Source of the DNA: a bacterium | GTDB lineage: Bacteria > Patescibacteriota > Minisyncoccia > UBA6257 > GWB1-50-10 | Direction: 5' to 3' | Assembly (NCBI GenBank): GCA_021824045.1 | Contig: JAKALR010000002.1 | Span: 1 to 57,923, forward strand | Length of the DNA: 57,923 nt | Shown: positions 29,320 to 39,975 of the stretch, piece after piece | How positions within the stretch are numbered: position 1 is the stretch's first letter | Layout of the letters: the number at the start of each line of letters is the position of its first letter | Notes under the pieces: generated by a model | Told to the model about the DNA's origin: nothing | The model's input: the letters and a program-made list of their open reading frames with translations, nothing else | Databases searched by the model: none | Made by a program: the position numbers and the translations under genes

Positions 29320-29425
29320 CCCGTTAGAAACCGCAAACTTATGGAAAAAATAATTACGAAAGAAGTCGAACTAGCCGCGCATGATGCGCCATCGCTTGCG
29401 AAGAATGCGTTTTGTTTCTAACGGG
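29320..29425 (+). mobile_element. Start-codon mini-element, copy 7 (106 bp), at the murD start
   Basis: ATAGAT-CCCGTTAGAAAC...GTTTCTAACGGG-ATGAAT. uORF 29341-29421. Confidence 0.85.
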
Positions 29426-30871
29426 ATGAATTTCAAGGACAAGAAAGTTTTAGTGATGGGGCTCGGGACCCTGGGCGGCGGGATCGCCGCGGCAAAGTGG
29501 TTTGTGCGGCAGGGCGCGCGGGTCACCGTGACCGACACGCGGCCGGAGAAGAATCTCGCGGCCTCGGTGAGGGCGCTCGGCGGAGCGGCGAAGAAAATCA
29601 CCTTCATTTTCGGAGAACATCGGGAAGAGAATTTCAAGGAAAATGATGTCATTGTCGTGAACCCGGCCGTTCCGCGGGAAAGCAGATATCTCGCGATCGC
29701 GAAAAAAAACCGGAAACTCCTGGTGAACGACGCTCGGGTTTTTTTTGATGTCGTGAAAAACCCCGTCATCGCGGTCACGGGGACCCGGGGGAAAACGACG
29801 ACGACGAACTGGATAGCCCATTTTCTAAAAGTGAAAAACGGGAATGTCGTCGCGGCCGGGAATTCTTCCGATGTCGCTCTTTTGGATCTCGCGGATAAGC
29901 TGAACGATAAAAAAGAGCCGGTAGTCGTCGAGCTTTCGTCGTGGCAATTGGAGCTTTTGCCGGGAGCACGGCGCGCGCCCGACATCGCGGTTATCACCAA
30001 CCTCCATCCGGACCATTTGAACCGGTATCACGGGATTAAAGCGTACGCCCTCGCCAAGGCGAATATTTTCCGGGGACAGAAGAGGAGCCAAAAATTGATC
30101 CTGAACGGCGACAGTCCATGGACGGAATTCTTTTTGCGATTGCGGCCGAAATCGTCGATCTTTTTCTTTTCTCTCCGGCAGTTGCCGAAAAACAGGAACG
30201 GAATTTTCCTGAAAGAGGGAGTAATTTTCTTCCGGTTCGGGGGAGTGTCCGCGCCGGTGGTCGCGAAAGAAGCCGTCTCGAGTGTCGCGGGGAAAGGGGA
30301 GCATAACGTCGCGAATTTCATGGCCGCAGCGCTTGCCGCGCATCTCGCGGGCGTTCCGTGGTCCGCGATAGCGCGAGCGGCGGGAAAACTGCCGCAGATA
30401 CGATATCGAGAGGAAATTGTTGTACAAAAAAAGAATTTCACGGTGGTAAACGACTCCACAGCCACTTCGCCCGACGCCGTCATTGCCGCCATCCGCCGCT
30501 TTAAGAGCCGAGGTGATTTGATTCTCATAACCGGCGGGACGGATAAAAATCTCGATTTTGAACAACTTGCCGAAGAAATAAAAAAGACGCTCCCGCCGGA
30601 AGACGTTTTTTTGTTGAACGGCAGCGCCACAAGAAAACTTGTAACTGAGTTGAAAAAGATGAAGTATTTTAATGAACAAAAACCTCAGCTTTTCGAAAAC
30701 CTCGAAGATATTCTAAGGGAAATTAAGTCCCTATACGCTATACCCCACACCCTAACCTCTCGTATCATTCTCTTTTCTCCCGGTGCCGCGAGTTTCGAAA
30801 AATTCAAGAATGAATTCGACCGCGGGGAAAAATTCGATGGATACGCGAAAAAGGTATTCAGACAGAAATAG
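29426..30871 (+). CDS. murD: UDP-N-acetylmuramoyl-L-alanine--D-glutamate ligase
   Basis: KKVLVMGLG, AVTGTRGKTTT, VVELSSWQL, DHLNRY, NDSTAT and FSPGAASF...RG. Confidence 0.95.
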   Translation: MNFKDKKVLVMGLGTLGGGIAAAKWFVRQGARVTVTDTRPEKNLAASVRALGGAAKKITFIFGEHREENFKENDVIVVNPAVPRESRYLAIAKKNRKLLVNDARVFFDVVKNPVIAVTGTRGKTTTTNWIAHFLKVKNGNVVAAGNSSDVALLDLADKLNDKKEPVVVELSSWQLELLPGARRAPDIAVITNLHPDHLNRYHGIKAYALAKANIFRGQKRSQKLILNGDSPWTEFFLRLRPKSSIFFFSLRQLPKNRNGIFLKEGVIFFRFGGVSAPVVAKEAVSSVAGKGEHNVANFMAAALAAHLAGVPWSAIARAAGKLPQIRYREEIVVQKKNFTVVNDSTATSPDAVIAAIRRFKSRGDLILITGGTDKNLDFEQLAEEIKKTLPPEDVFLLNGSATRKLVTELKKMKYFNEQKPQLFENLEDILREIKSLYAIPHTLTSRIILFSPGAASFEKFKNEFDRGEKFDGYAKKVFRQK

Positions 30872-30934
30872 ATAAAAACTGATACCTACGGATAGTATCT
30901 CCTTATCTCTATTTATCTCCACTCCGTATCCGTC

Positions 30935-31408
30935 CTAGTCCGCTGCCTTTACTTTCAATTTCTTTGCCTTGGAACGGTTGAGCTTCGGCATCCGGATCGT
31001 GAGAACCCCCTTTGAGAGATTGGCCGTCGAATGGTCCGGATCGACTTCCTGGGGAAGGATAATCGATCGCGAGAATGTCCCCCAGAAAAGCTCCTGGTAG
31101 AAATAATTTTTCTCTTCCACCTTCTTTTCCTGTTTTCTCGTTCCCTTCACGGTTACCGATTCGGTTGTGATGTTGATCTCGAGGTTGTCGTCGTCGACGC
31201 CGGCAACGGTCGATTGGACGACGATGTCATCTCCGTCGTCGTAGACGTCAACGGTCAACGTCCCCTCGCCTTCATCGGAAGCAACAAGTTTCCCTTTTTC
31301 CTCCCGGTCTTCTTTTTCATTTTCCTCGATTTTGATGGGAACCGGCTCGCTCTTCACCTTCGCCAATTCCACGAAAATATCGTTATCTTTGTTTTCAAAA
31401 TTTTCCAT
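30935..31408 (-). CDS. Hsp20/alpha-crystallin family protein
   Basis: VDVYD, STVAGV, FWGTFSRSIILP and GVLTIRMPK. Confidence 0.92.
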   Translation of the reverse strand: MENFENKDNDIFVELAKVKSEPVPIKIEENEKEDREEKGKLVASDEGEGTLTVDVYDDGDDIVVQSTVAGVDDDNLEINITTESVTVKGTRKQEKKVEEKNYFYQELFWGTFSRSIILPQEVDPDHSTANLSKGVLTIRMPKLNRSKAKKLKVKAAD

Positions 31409-31529
31409 AGTTTTAGTACCTTGAAACTTTTCTCAATTATAGCACAAGAAAGAAGGGATAGGGATGGAAATAAGTAGAGGTAGGTAGATAGGGATTATAA
31501 CGGCCCTCCCCGTGTACATCTAGTTATCT

Positions 31530-32234
31530 CTATTGTGTATCCGTTGACTTTCTCTTCAATTTCTCGAAATCCGTGAGCACCCAGAAGGCGATAAATACCA
31601 GGAAAAAGGTCGGATAGAAAATGTCGGTTGTCTGGAATTGCACCACGAAAAAGTTGAATATCGCATGCACCGCGACGGCGATGAGGAGGCCGATCCAGAT
31701 AGCGTTTTTGGATTTTTTGAAAAAGCTGAGCGCCCAGGAGTAGCCGACGATGCCGGAGGCGAGCGCGTGGAGAAGTGTCGCGCCGATGAATCGCAGAGAA
31801 ACGGCGTTCAGCATATCGAAGATCGTTTTGAGCGTTACGACGTCGAGGCTGTTTTTGACGACAAAGAAATTTTCAATTGTGGCGAATCCGAGTGCTGCCG
31901 TGATCATGTAGATCATGGCGTCCACCGGTTCGTCAAAATACCTGCTCTTCTCATTCACGAGGTATGCCGCCAGGAATTTGAAGATCTCTTCGATAATCGC
32001 GATGCCGATGATGAACAGGAGAAAGCTGTGGAGCGGCGTGACGGCTATTTTTTGAAATACCAACTCGAGGAACAAGACGGGGATGCTCGAGAGTATGCCC
32101 ATGAGGAATGTCAGGGCAAGCATCCTTTTCGGCTCCGGATGCATATCCTCCCTGATGAAGAAGAGAAGCCAAATCAGCGCCGGAATCGCGGCGATGACGA
32201 ACGCCAGGATGATGTTCAGGTAATTGGTTACCAT
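31530..32234 (-). CDS. PrsW family intramembrane metalloprotease
   Basis: HPEP, IEEIFK, ALGFATIEN, LLHA and HAIFN. Confidence 0.92.
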   Translation of the reverse strand: MVTNYLNIILAFVIAAIPALIWLLFFIREDMHPEPKRMLALTFLMGILSSIPVLFLELVFQKIAVTPLHSFLLFIIGIAIIEEIFKFLAAYLVNEKSRYFDEPVDAMIYMITAALGFATIENFFVVKNSLDVVTLKTIFDMLNAVSLRFIGATLLHALASGIVGYSWALSFFKKSKNAIWIGLLIAVAVHAIFNFFVVQFQTTDIFYPTFFLVFIAFWVLTDFEKLKRKSTDTQ

Positions 32235-34432
32235 GCGGTTATCATGAGAAATTCATCCCCCGCGCTCTTGAGGTTTTGATGGATCGCTTCGGTCACGAAC
32301 GGCATGAAGGGATGGAGGAGGATGAGGGATTCCCCGATCGTCGCGGTGAGGATGGCCTTCGTCGTTTCTTCCGTGTCTTTGTTCGCCAGCTGTTTTTTCG
32401 ATTCTTCCAGATAAACATCGCAGAAATCGTGCCAGAAGAAATCGTAAAGATTCTGGAGCGCTTTCGCGAATTCGAATTGTTCTATGGATTTTTCTGTTTC
32501 TTTTTTAATTTTCGCCAGCTTACCGAGAATCTCTTTGTCGGCTGTCGTTTGAGGTTTAGCATTGCCCCCTTTCGCCAAGGCTGCGGAGGATGGCTCGTTT
32601 TGCAGGACAAAACGAGCCGCGTTCCAAATTTTGTTGCAGAACTTGCGTCCCGCCGCGACTGCCGCCTCATCCCAATGGATATCCTGACCGGTCGCCTGCC
32701 AGACGACGGCAAAGCGGGTTGCGTCCGCGCCGTATTGTTCGATGTATTTCAGGGGATCAACGCCCGTTCCCAGACTCTTCGACATTCGCCTGCCGTCCTT
32801 CGTGAGGATGGTTCCGTTGATGAAAACATCACTGAAGGGAACTTTCCCCATGAATTCGATGCCGGAGAATATCATGCGGGTGATCCACGGGTTGATGATA
32901 TCGCGGGCCGTGATGACCGCGTTGCCGGGATAGTACTTCTTCCGGTCGCTTGCGGAAAGTCCGGCGAACGGCCAGAGCGCGGACGAGAACCAGGTATCCA
33001 AAACATCGACCGACTGAACCATGTCGCAATTTTTACAAATTGGACACGCTGCCGGTTTTTTCACGGACACCACGAAATCTTCGGCCGATGAATTTTTAAT
33101 TTTTAATTTTAAATTTTTATTGGAAATTGGAAATTGAGAATTGGAAATTTCAGTTTGATTTTTACAGAACCAAACCGGCAACTGATGCCCCCACCACAGC
33201 TGGCGCGAGATTGTCCAATCGCGGATGTTGAGGAGCCAGTCAAAATACGTTTTCTCGAAGTTTTCGGGGCGGATTTTCACCTTCCCGCTCTTCGCGGCTT
33301 TCACGGCATTCTTGGCGAGAGTTTCCATTTTGAGAAACCACTGCGTCGAGGGGATTGGTTCAATCACGTGGCCGCAGCGGTAGCAGACAGCGACGTTATG
33401 CGCGTACGGTTCCTTGTTCTCTAAGAATCCGCCGTCCTGCAATTTCGCCGCGACCGCCGCGCGGGCCTCTTCCGTTTTCAGGCCGGCATATTCGCCGGCA
33501 TTCTCATTCATCTTTCCCCGGTCGTCGATGACTTGGATTGTTTCGAGATTGTGCCGCTGGCCGATCTCGAAATCGAGGATGTCGTGAGCCGGCGTGACCT
33601 TCACGGCGCCCGTTCCGAAGCTCGGGTCGATCTTCAAATCTTCGACGATCGGTATTTCACGGCCCGTGAGCGGAAGTTTCACCGTTTTGCCGACAAGCTT
33701 CGCATACCGCTTGTCTTTCGGATTCACCGCAACGGCCGTGTCGCCGAGCATCGTTTCGGGACGCGTCGTGGCGACGACGATTGATCCGGATCCGTCCGCG
33801 AGCGGATATTTTAAATACCAAAGCGTTCCCTGATCTTCCCGGTGTTCAAGCTCGAGTTCCGAGAGGCTGGTGCCGCACCGGGGGCACCAATTCACGGTGC
33901 GGAGACCGCGGTAAATCCAGCCCTTGTCGTAGTAATGAACGAAGGCGGCAAGAACATCCTTCGCGTACGCTTCATCCATGGTGAAGCGGAGCCGCGACCA
34001 ATCGGCCGAAACGCCGAGTTTTTTGAGCTGGTCCAGGATGATTCCGCCGTATTCCTCCTTCCATCGCCAAACATGTTCGACAAACTTCTCGCGGCCGAGT
34101 TCGAAGCGTGAGGTATCTTTTTTCCGCAATTCTTTTTCCACCTTGTACTGGGTGGCGATACCGGCATGGTCGGTTCCGGGAAGCCACAGCGTTCGATACC
34201 CCCGCATGCGATGGTAGCGGACAATGATGTCCTGGAGCGTGTTGTTGAGTGCGTGCCCCATATGGAGCGTCCCCGTCACGTTCGGGAGGGGCATATACAC
34301 GATGTAATTTTTAATTTTTAAACTTTTAATTTTTAAATTATCCGGATTGAAATAACCGGAATCGAGCCATTGCTGGTATATCTCCGGCTCAACCAGTTTC
34401 GGATCGTACGGTTTCGAAAAATCAGTTTTCAT
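32228..34432 (-). CDS. valS: Valine--tRNA ligase (lacks the C-terminal coiled-coil arm)
   Basis: PNVTGTLHMGH, DHAGIATQ, GTGAVKVTPAHD, WTISRQLWWGH and RMSKS. Confidence 0.97.
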   Translation of the reverse strand: MKTDFSKPYDPKLVEPEIYQQWLDSGYFNPDNLKIKSLKIKNYIVYMPLPNVTGTLHMGHALNNTLQDIIVRYHRMRGYRTLWLPGTDHAGIATQYKVEKELRKKDTSRFELGREKFVEHVWRWKEEYGGIILDQLKKLGVSADWSRLRFTMDEAYAKDVLAAFVHYYDKGWIYRGLRTVNWCPRCGTSLSELELEHREDQGTLWYLKYPLADGSGSIVVATTRPETMLGDTAVAVNPKDKRYAKLVGKTVKLPLTGREIPIVEDLKIDPSFGTGAVKVTPAHDILDFEIGQRHNLETIQVIDDRGKMNENAGEYAGLKTEEARAAVAAKLQDGGFLENKEPYAHNVAVCYRCGHVIEPIPSTQWFLKMETLAKNAVKAAKSGKVKIRPENFEKTYFDWLLNIRDWTISRQLWWGHQLPVWFCKNQTEISNSQFPISNKNLKLKIKNSSAEDFVVSVKKPAACPICKNCDMVQSVDVLDTWFSSALWPFAGLSASDRKKYYPGNAVITARDIINPWITRMIFSGIEFMGKVPFSDVFINGTILTKDGRRMSKSLGTGVDPLKYIEQYGADATRFAVVWQATGQDIHWDEAAVAAGRKFCNKIWNAARFVLQNEPSSAALAKGGNAKPQTTADKEILGKLAKIKKETEKSIEQFEFAKALQNLYDFFWHDFCDVYLEESKKQLANKDTEETTKAILTATIGESLILLHPFMPFVTEAIHQNLKSAGDEFLMITAW

Positions 34433-34527
34433 TGGTTTTATTATGGCCGATTTTCACTTTAAAATGAAGCTCCCCGGGCCAATACCCGGGGTATTCTCGC
34501 GTAAGCGGGTAAGGTTTTGAATGAGGA

Positions 34528-35598
34528 TCAGAGACTGAGGTTCGCCTGGGCGGTGATGCGGCGATTCTTCTTTTTGAGTGTTTGAATGTATGCGGCGGCG
34601 GCGATCATCGCGGCATTATCGGTGTTGTATGCCATGGGCGGCGCGAAGAAATTCACGCCGAGTTTCTTGCTTTCGGCGGTGAGCGCTTCCCGAAGCGCTT
34701 GATTGGCGGCAACACCCCCGGCCAAAATGATGGATTTCGCCTTGCATTCTTTCACGGCGCGGGCCGTTTTATATACCAAGGTCTCGACAGCGGCGGCCTG
34801 GAAACTTGCTGCAATATCCTCGATGAAATTTTTGTTCCTTGATTGCCCCCTATGATCTCTTATATAGTAGAGCACCGACGTTTTGAGGCCGGAGAAGCTG
34901 AAGTCATAGTTTTTATCCTTCATCATCGGGCGGGGAAAATTCACGGACGTCGGGTTTCCAAGGGCGGCCGCTTTTTGGATCTCCGGTCCGCCGGGATAGG
35001 GGAGCCCCAACATCCGCGCAACTTTATCGAATGCTTCTCCAACGGCATCATCCCGCGTTTCGCCGAGTTTTTTCCACGTCGTAAGCGATTTGAGGAGCAG
35101 GAGGATCGTGTGCCCCCCGGAAACCACGAGGCCGATGGCCGGATACATCTTGGAATTTGTAATTTGCTTGCCCTCCGAAGCTTTAGCGAAGGAGGGGAAT
35201 TGAGCTTTTTGCATAAGCAAAAAGCTGTAGAGGTGTCCTTCCATGTGATTTACGCCGACGAGCTTGGCTTTCGGAAAGTAGTTCTTGTGGATTTCTTTCG
35301 CGAAATTGACGCCGGTCCAGAGCGCCGGCTCGAGGCCGGGGCCTACCGTCACGGCGACAACATCGGGGGATAGGGAATGGAGTTTAGGGTATAGGGCATT
35401 GAAGATCAGCGGTAAATTTTTCAGGTGTTCCCGTTTCGCGATGTTGGGAACCACGCCGCCGAATGGCGCGTGGAGCGCGATCTGCGAAGAAACGATATTT
35501 TTCAAAACGGTAAAGCTCGGATTTTTCATTCCGCCGGACGCCTCCACGAGCGCCAGGGCCGTTTCGTCGCAACTCGTTTCTATCGATAAGATTTTCAT
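34528..35598 (-). CDS. tsaD: tRNA N6-threonylcarbamoyladenosine synthase TsaD
   Basis: IETSCDET, HMEGH, VSGGHT, DDAVGEAFDK, FSFSGLK and TDNAAMIA. Confidence 0.97.
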   Translation of the reverse strand: MKILSIETSCDETALALVEASGGMKNPSFTVLKNIVSSQIALHAPFGGVVPNIAKREHLKNLPLIFNALYPKLHSLSPDVVAVTVGPGLEPALWTGVNFAKEIHKNYFPKAKLVGVNHMEGHLYSFLLMQKAQFPSFAKASEGKQITNSKMYPAIGLVVSGGHTILLLLKSLTTWKKLGETRDDAVGEAFDKVARMLGLPYPGGPEIQKAAALGNPTSVNFPRPMMKDKNYDFSFSGLKTSVLYYIRDHRGQSRNKNFIEDIAASFQAAAVETLVYKTARAVKECKAKSIILAGGVAANQALREALTAESKKLGVNFFAPPMAYNTDNAAMIAAAAYIQTLKKKNRRITAQANLSL

Positions 35599-35668
35599 GA
35601 AGGGTGAATAATAGGTAAGGTACCAAGGAACTGGAAATCGGTAAAGAGGAGAGGTATACTATCCGCAT

Positions 35669-36073
35669 ATGATTCAATTTTTACTGATTTGGAGCGATTG
35701 GGGGATCTTGCTCGTGAGAGTGGTTTTGGGCTTGATTCTCATGGGGCACGGACTGCCCAAATTAAAAAATCTGAAGGCAGCCGGTGAAAACTTTCAAAGC
35801 ATGGGATTCAAACCGGGACCTTTCTGGGGGACGCTCGTCGCGCTCCTCGAAGTTTTCGGCGGGCTAGCCCTAATACTCGGCTTCCTCACCCAAATATTCG
35901 CCGCGTTCGTCGTGATCGAGTTCATCGTGATTCTCTCGACAATCAAGCGGAAGAGCGGATTCGTCGGCGGGTACGAGCTTGATCTTCTCATCTTAGCCGT
36001 GGCGGTGCTTCTGGTTTTCGTGGGGAGCGGGTCCGTGAGCATCGATAACATGCTCGGTCTTCTCATCTTTTAA
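35669..36073 (+). CDS. DoxX family membrane protein
   Basis: RVVLG...HG.PKL, EVFGGL and GYELDL...GSGSVSID. Confidence 0.9.
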   Translation: MIQFLLIWSDWGILLVRVVLGLILMGHGLPKLKNLKAAGENFQSMGFKPGPFWGTLVALLEVFGGLALILGFLTQIFAAFVVIEFIVILSTIKRKSGFVGGYELDLLILAVAVLLVFVGSGSVSIDNMLGLLIF

Positions 36074-36078
36074 CGGTT

Positions 36079-37557
36079 ATGCGGATCTTTGAATTGATCC
36101 CCGGTGCGGCCGCTTGGATCACCTTATTGGGTTTGATTTTTCTCTCCTGGAAATTGCCCCAAGTGGTGGTCATTTTTATATTGCTCTACGACCTGTATTG
36201 GCTGCTGAAGCTGTTTTACCTCTTTTTGCATCTCCGGTACGCCTTTTCGAAGACGAGAAAAAATCTGCGCACCGATTGGTTGCGGAAATTGAAGGCGGAA
36301 GGCTTGGATTGGGAAAGGATTCGTCATCTCGTCATTCTCCCCACGTACCGGGAGCCGTATGTGGTGGTCGAAAAAAGTTTCGCGAGTCTCGCGGCGGCAA
36401 ATTATCCCCAGGAGAACATGCTGGTCGTTCTGGCTTCCGAAGAGCGGGGCGGGGTGGGCGATCGGGAAACGGCGGCGAGAATCCGGGAAAAATTCGGCGG
36501 AGTGTTCGGCGGCTTTCTCCTGACGTTTCATCCGGCGGGCATCGCGGGCGAACTGCCGGGGAAGGGATCGAATGAAACCTGGGCCGCGCGGAGGGGAGTT
36601 GAAGAACTGATCGACCGGCGGGGAATCCCGCACGAAGATGTCATCGTCTCGGTTTTTGATGTGGATACGAGGACCGAAAAAGATTACTTCGGAGTCTTGT
36701 CCGATTCATTTCTCAGGGCCGAACATCCGCTCCACTCGAGCTATCAGCCGATACCGCTTTTTACGAATAATTTGAAAGAAACGAAATTTTTCGCCCGCCT
36801 CATCGGCTTCTCGTCGACGTTCTGGCAGTTGATGCAGTCGTCGCGGCCCGAACAGCTCGTCACCTTCTCGTCGCACAGCATTCCGCTCCCGGCTTTGATC
36901 GACGTCGGATTTTGGGAAACGAACCTCGTCTCCGAAGATTCGCGGATATTCTTCCAGTGCCTCGCGCATTACAACGGTGACTGGCGGACCGTGCCGCTCT
37001 TCTATCCGGTTTCCATGGACGCCGTGGTCGGCAAAACGTTCTGGGAATCGATGAAAAATCTCTACCGGCAGCAGCGGCGGTGGGCGTGGGGATCGGAAAA
37101 TTTTGCGTATCTCATGAGAGATCTTAAAAAGAATAATAAAATACCACGGAAGGTAAAACGGTTTTGGACGTGGACGATGTTCGACGGATTCTATTCGTGG
37201 TCGACCAGCTCATTTATCATATTCTTGTTCGGCCTCCTGCCGAACGTTTTGGGGAACGAACATTTCAAGAGTTCGCTTCTGTCGTATAACCTGCCGCGGA
37301 TGACCGGCATTATTTTGAATTTGAGTACCATCGGCATCATCGTGTCTGCGGTTTTGAGCCTGATTCTTATGGCTCCGCGGATTGAGGGCTTCAAGAAACG
37401 CCACTATCTCTACTATCTCGTTGAGTGGGCGCTGATGCCGCTTGTTTTCATCTTTTTTGGAGCGATTCCGGCCCTTGATGCCCAAACCAGACTGATGATC
37501 GGCGGCAAGGCGCGCCTCGGTTATTGGAGAACCCCCAAGGCGACAAAAAACAGTTAA
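36079..37557 (+). CDS. Membrane glycosyltransferase, family 2
   Basis: LPTYRE, GKGSN, FDVD, SED and QQRRW motifs with flanking TM helices. Confidence 0.9.
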   Translation: MRIFELIPGAAAWITLLGLIFLSWKLPQVVVIFILLYDLYWLLKLFYLFLHLRYAFSKTRKNLRTDWLRKLKAEGLDWERIRHLVILPTYREPYVVVEKSFASLAAANYPQENMLVVLASEERGGVGDRETAARIREKFGGVFGGFLLTFHPAGIAGELPGKGSNETWAARRGVEELIDRRGIPHEDVIVSVFDVDTRTEKDYFGVLSDSFLRAEHPLHSSYQPIPLFTNNLKETKFFARLIGFSSTFWQLMQSSRPEQLVTFSSHSIPLPALIDVGFWETNLVSEDSRIFFQCLAHYNGDWRTVPLFYPVSMDAVVGKTFWESMKNLYRQQRRWAWGSENFAYLMRDLKKNNKIPRKVKRFWTWTMFDGFYSWSTSSFIIFLFGLLPNVLGNEHFKSSLLSYNLPRMTGIILNLSTIGIIVSAVLSLILMAPRIEGFKKRHYLYYLVEWALMPLVFIFFGAIPALDAQTRLMIGGKARLGYWRTPKATKNS

Positions 37558-37575
37558 CCCTTTCAATTTTGAACT

Positions 37576-38115
37576 ATGTCAGAATATGTCACCAGGGCCA
37601 TCGTTCTCGGCTTCCGGGACAGTAAGGAGCACGATAAAGTCTTCGATCTTTACACGGAAAGCTTCGGGAGAATACGGGTCAGGGCGCCGGGAGGAAGGAA
37701 GATCGTCTCAAAACTCTCTCCGCATTTGGATGTCATGAATCTCGCGACCGTGAAGGTGGTGGAGAAAAACGCGTTAACGCTGACCGACGCGATTCTGGAA
37801 AATAATTTTCAATCATTGAAGAGCAATCCCGTTTCCTTCGGGAAGGCGCTCCGGGCGCTCCGGGCGCTTTCGTTTCTCTCTCCGGAAGCCGTTCCCGATC
37901 AGACACTCTGGAATTTTCTTCTGGATTCGCTCGGCGCCGGAACAATGAATCCCGTCGAGATGGTCTCTGTTTTGGGATACGATCCCCGGCACGCTTCCTG
38001 CGAGCTGTGCGGCGGGAAAGACGTCGCGTTCTTCGACGAGGGGAATCAGGGATTCCTGTGCGAACCATGCAGTTCAAAAGTGAAGGGAAATCATTTACTA
38101 TATTTAGAACGGTGA
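37576..38115 (+). CDS. recO: DNA repair protein RecO-like
   Basis: AIVL...EHDK...YTESFG...RKIVSKL N-terminal OB fold; CELC...CEPC zinc finger. Confidence 0.85.
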   Translation: MSEYVTRAIVLGFRDSKEHDKVFDLYTESFGRIRVRAPGGRKIVSKLSPHLDVMNLATVKVVEKNALTLTDAILENNFQSLKSNPVSFGKALRALRALSFLSPEAVPDQTLWNFLLDSLGAGTMNPVEMVSVLGYDPRHASCELCGGKDVAFFDEGNQGFLCEPCSSKVKGNHLLYLER

Positions 38116-38124
38116 AAAATCTCC

Positions 38125-39924
38125 ATGTCCCTCTCCACCATAGAAAAAAGATTGAAAAAATATAAAAAATTCGGCGCGGCGAAAAGCGATTACCTGCCCG
38201 GTTGGCTCCGGAAGGTGCTCTGGGGGAGTATCGTCGTGGGACTCGCCGTCATCGTCGCGGGCGTCGCGTTCATTTTCTACTCCGTGAATCAGTCGAAGGG
38301 AGTCGATTTGGAGGTTTCGTCGCCGACCGACGTTTCGCGGGGCGTTCCCTTCGAACTCGATGTGAATATCACGAATCTGTCGGGCACTCCCGTCAATAAC
38401 TCGTCGCTCACCATCACCTTGCCCAGCGGACTGCTGCTGTGGGGTCCGTCGGTGAACGGGAGCGTTTATTCCGAGAGTATGGGGAACGTGGTTGCCGGGA
38501 ATTTGTACCGGAAGAATTATAAAGTTGTCGCGGTCGGCGATCTGCATTCCACGCAGACGCTCGAGGTTTCGTTCTCGTATTTCAACCAAACCGGAAGCCG
38601 CTTTGAAGTCAAGCAGGAAGTGCCCGTCACCATTACCGATTCGGTCATCGCCATGAGTGTTTCGAAGCCGGATCAGATTTTGAACGGATCGTCATTCTCT
38701 TTCAACGTCGATTACGCCAACAATTCCGATTTCGATTTTCCCAGCATGATTCTCGAGGCCGATTTTCCCAGCTCGTTCCAGTTCGATTCGTCGTCGATCC
38801 CGCCGGCGTCACTCGCGAACACCTTTGCGCTCGGCCCCGCACTCGCGAACGCGACGGGCACGATAGCCATCAAAGGTGAATTCGCCGATTCGAGCGTTTC
38901 TTCATTCACCATACCCCTGAAACTCTACGCAGTCCTGAACAACCAAAACTACGAAGTGGCCGACTACGATGCGACGTTTTCCCTCTCGCCGTCGCCGATC
39001 GGTATCAGTGTTTCCGTGAACGGTTCGGACAGCTATATCGCGAAGCCGGTAGATACGCTGAATTATTCCATTCAATACCTGAACCAGAGCGGCATTGCTC
39101 TCAAGGATGTCGTCGTGAAAGCGGTTTTGAGCGGTTTCGCGAATTGGTCGGATGTGAAGACCGACGGTGTCTACCATCCGTCGATGAGGACGGTCACCTG
39201 GGATTCGTCGACGACCCCCGCGCTCGGATTCGTTGAGCCGGGAGCGGTCGGGAATTTGAATCTGAACCTCACGACCAGCCTCAGCGCCCCAACGTCTCTC
39301 CAGGGATTGTCGAATAAAAATCTGTACGTCAAGGCGGACATTTCCTTGTCGTCGCCGTCGGTGCCCTATTACCTTTCAGGCAATCAAACGTTCGCCGAAA
39401 CGGTGAAGGAAACGAAAATCGCGAGCCTGATTTATTTCAACACGAAAGCGTACTTCCGCGACCCGGCCGGGAAAATAACAAACACAGGTTCCTTTCCTCC
39501 GGTTGCCGGCAGTCCGACGGAGTACACGGTCCATTGGCAAATCAGCGATTTCGGAAACGATCTGAGCGATGTGACGGTATCGGCCCCGCTCCCCCCGGGC
39601 GTTACGTTCACGGGAGTTTCTTCCAACACCGTCGCTTCGTCGTCGATTGCCTATGACACGTCGACCGAGAGTGTGGTGTGGAATATCGGGGACTTGTTTG
39701 CGGGGAGCGGTTTCTTGAACGGGCCAATCGAAGGAGTGTTCCAGATTGCGGCAACTCCCGACGCGGGCGGAGTCGGCTCCTATGAGAATCTTTTGGGAGC
39801 GAGTACGCTCCAGGCGACCGATAACTTCACGGGGGGCAGTGTGAATATCTCCAGTGATCCGGTAACGACGCTCCTGCCGGACGACCCGACGGTTGCTTCC
39901 GGCGGCGGAATCGTCGGCCAGTAG
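38125..39924 (+). CDS. Large membrane-anchored Ig-like repeat (DUF11-like) protein
   Basis: 599 aa with one N-terminal TM helix and repeated beta-sandwich patterns (YSIQYLNQSG, YTVHWQI, VVWNIG). Confidence 0.8.
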   Translation: MSLSTIEKRLKKYKKFGAAKSDYLPGWLRKVLWGSIVVGLAVIVAGVAFIFYSVNQSKGVDLEVSSPTDVSRGVPFELDVNITNLSGTPVNNSSLTITLPSGLLLWGPSVNGSVYSESMGNVVAGNLYRKNYKVVAVGDLHSTQTLEVSFSYFNQTGSRFEVKQEVPVTITDSVIAMSVSKPDQILNGSSFSFNVDYANNSDFDFPSMILEADFPSSFQFDSSSIPPASLANTFALGPALANATGTIAIKGEFADSSVSSFTIPLKLYAVLNNQNYEVADYDATFSLSPSPIGISVSVNGSDSYIAKPVDTLNYSIQYLNQSGIALKDVVVKAVLSGFANWSDVKTDGVYHPSMRTVTWDSSTTPALGFVEPGAVGNLNLNLTTSLSAPTSLQGLSNKNLYVKADISLSSPSVPYYLSGNQTFAETVKETKIASLIYFNTKAYFRDPAGKITNTGSFPPVAGSPTEYTVHWQISDFGNDLSDVTVSAPLPPGVTFTGVSSNTVASSSIAYDTSTESVVWNIGDLFAGSGFLNGPIEGVFQIAATPDAGGVGSYENLLGASTLQATDNFTGGSVNISSDPVTTLLPDDPTVASGGGIVGQ

Positions 39925-39975
39925 AGCCGCTTATTGGCGGATTTTTATTTTTCATGTACCATTGAGTAAATGGAT

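Noticed and set aside
25870..29425. ORF-track N-terminal extensions of NusA (25870) and MurD (29381)
   Set aside because: They are encoded by the mini-elements; family-like sequence begins at the ATG directly after the repeat. Minor use of these in-frame ATGs cannot be excluded.
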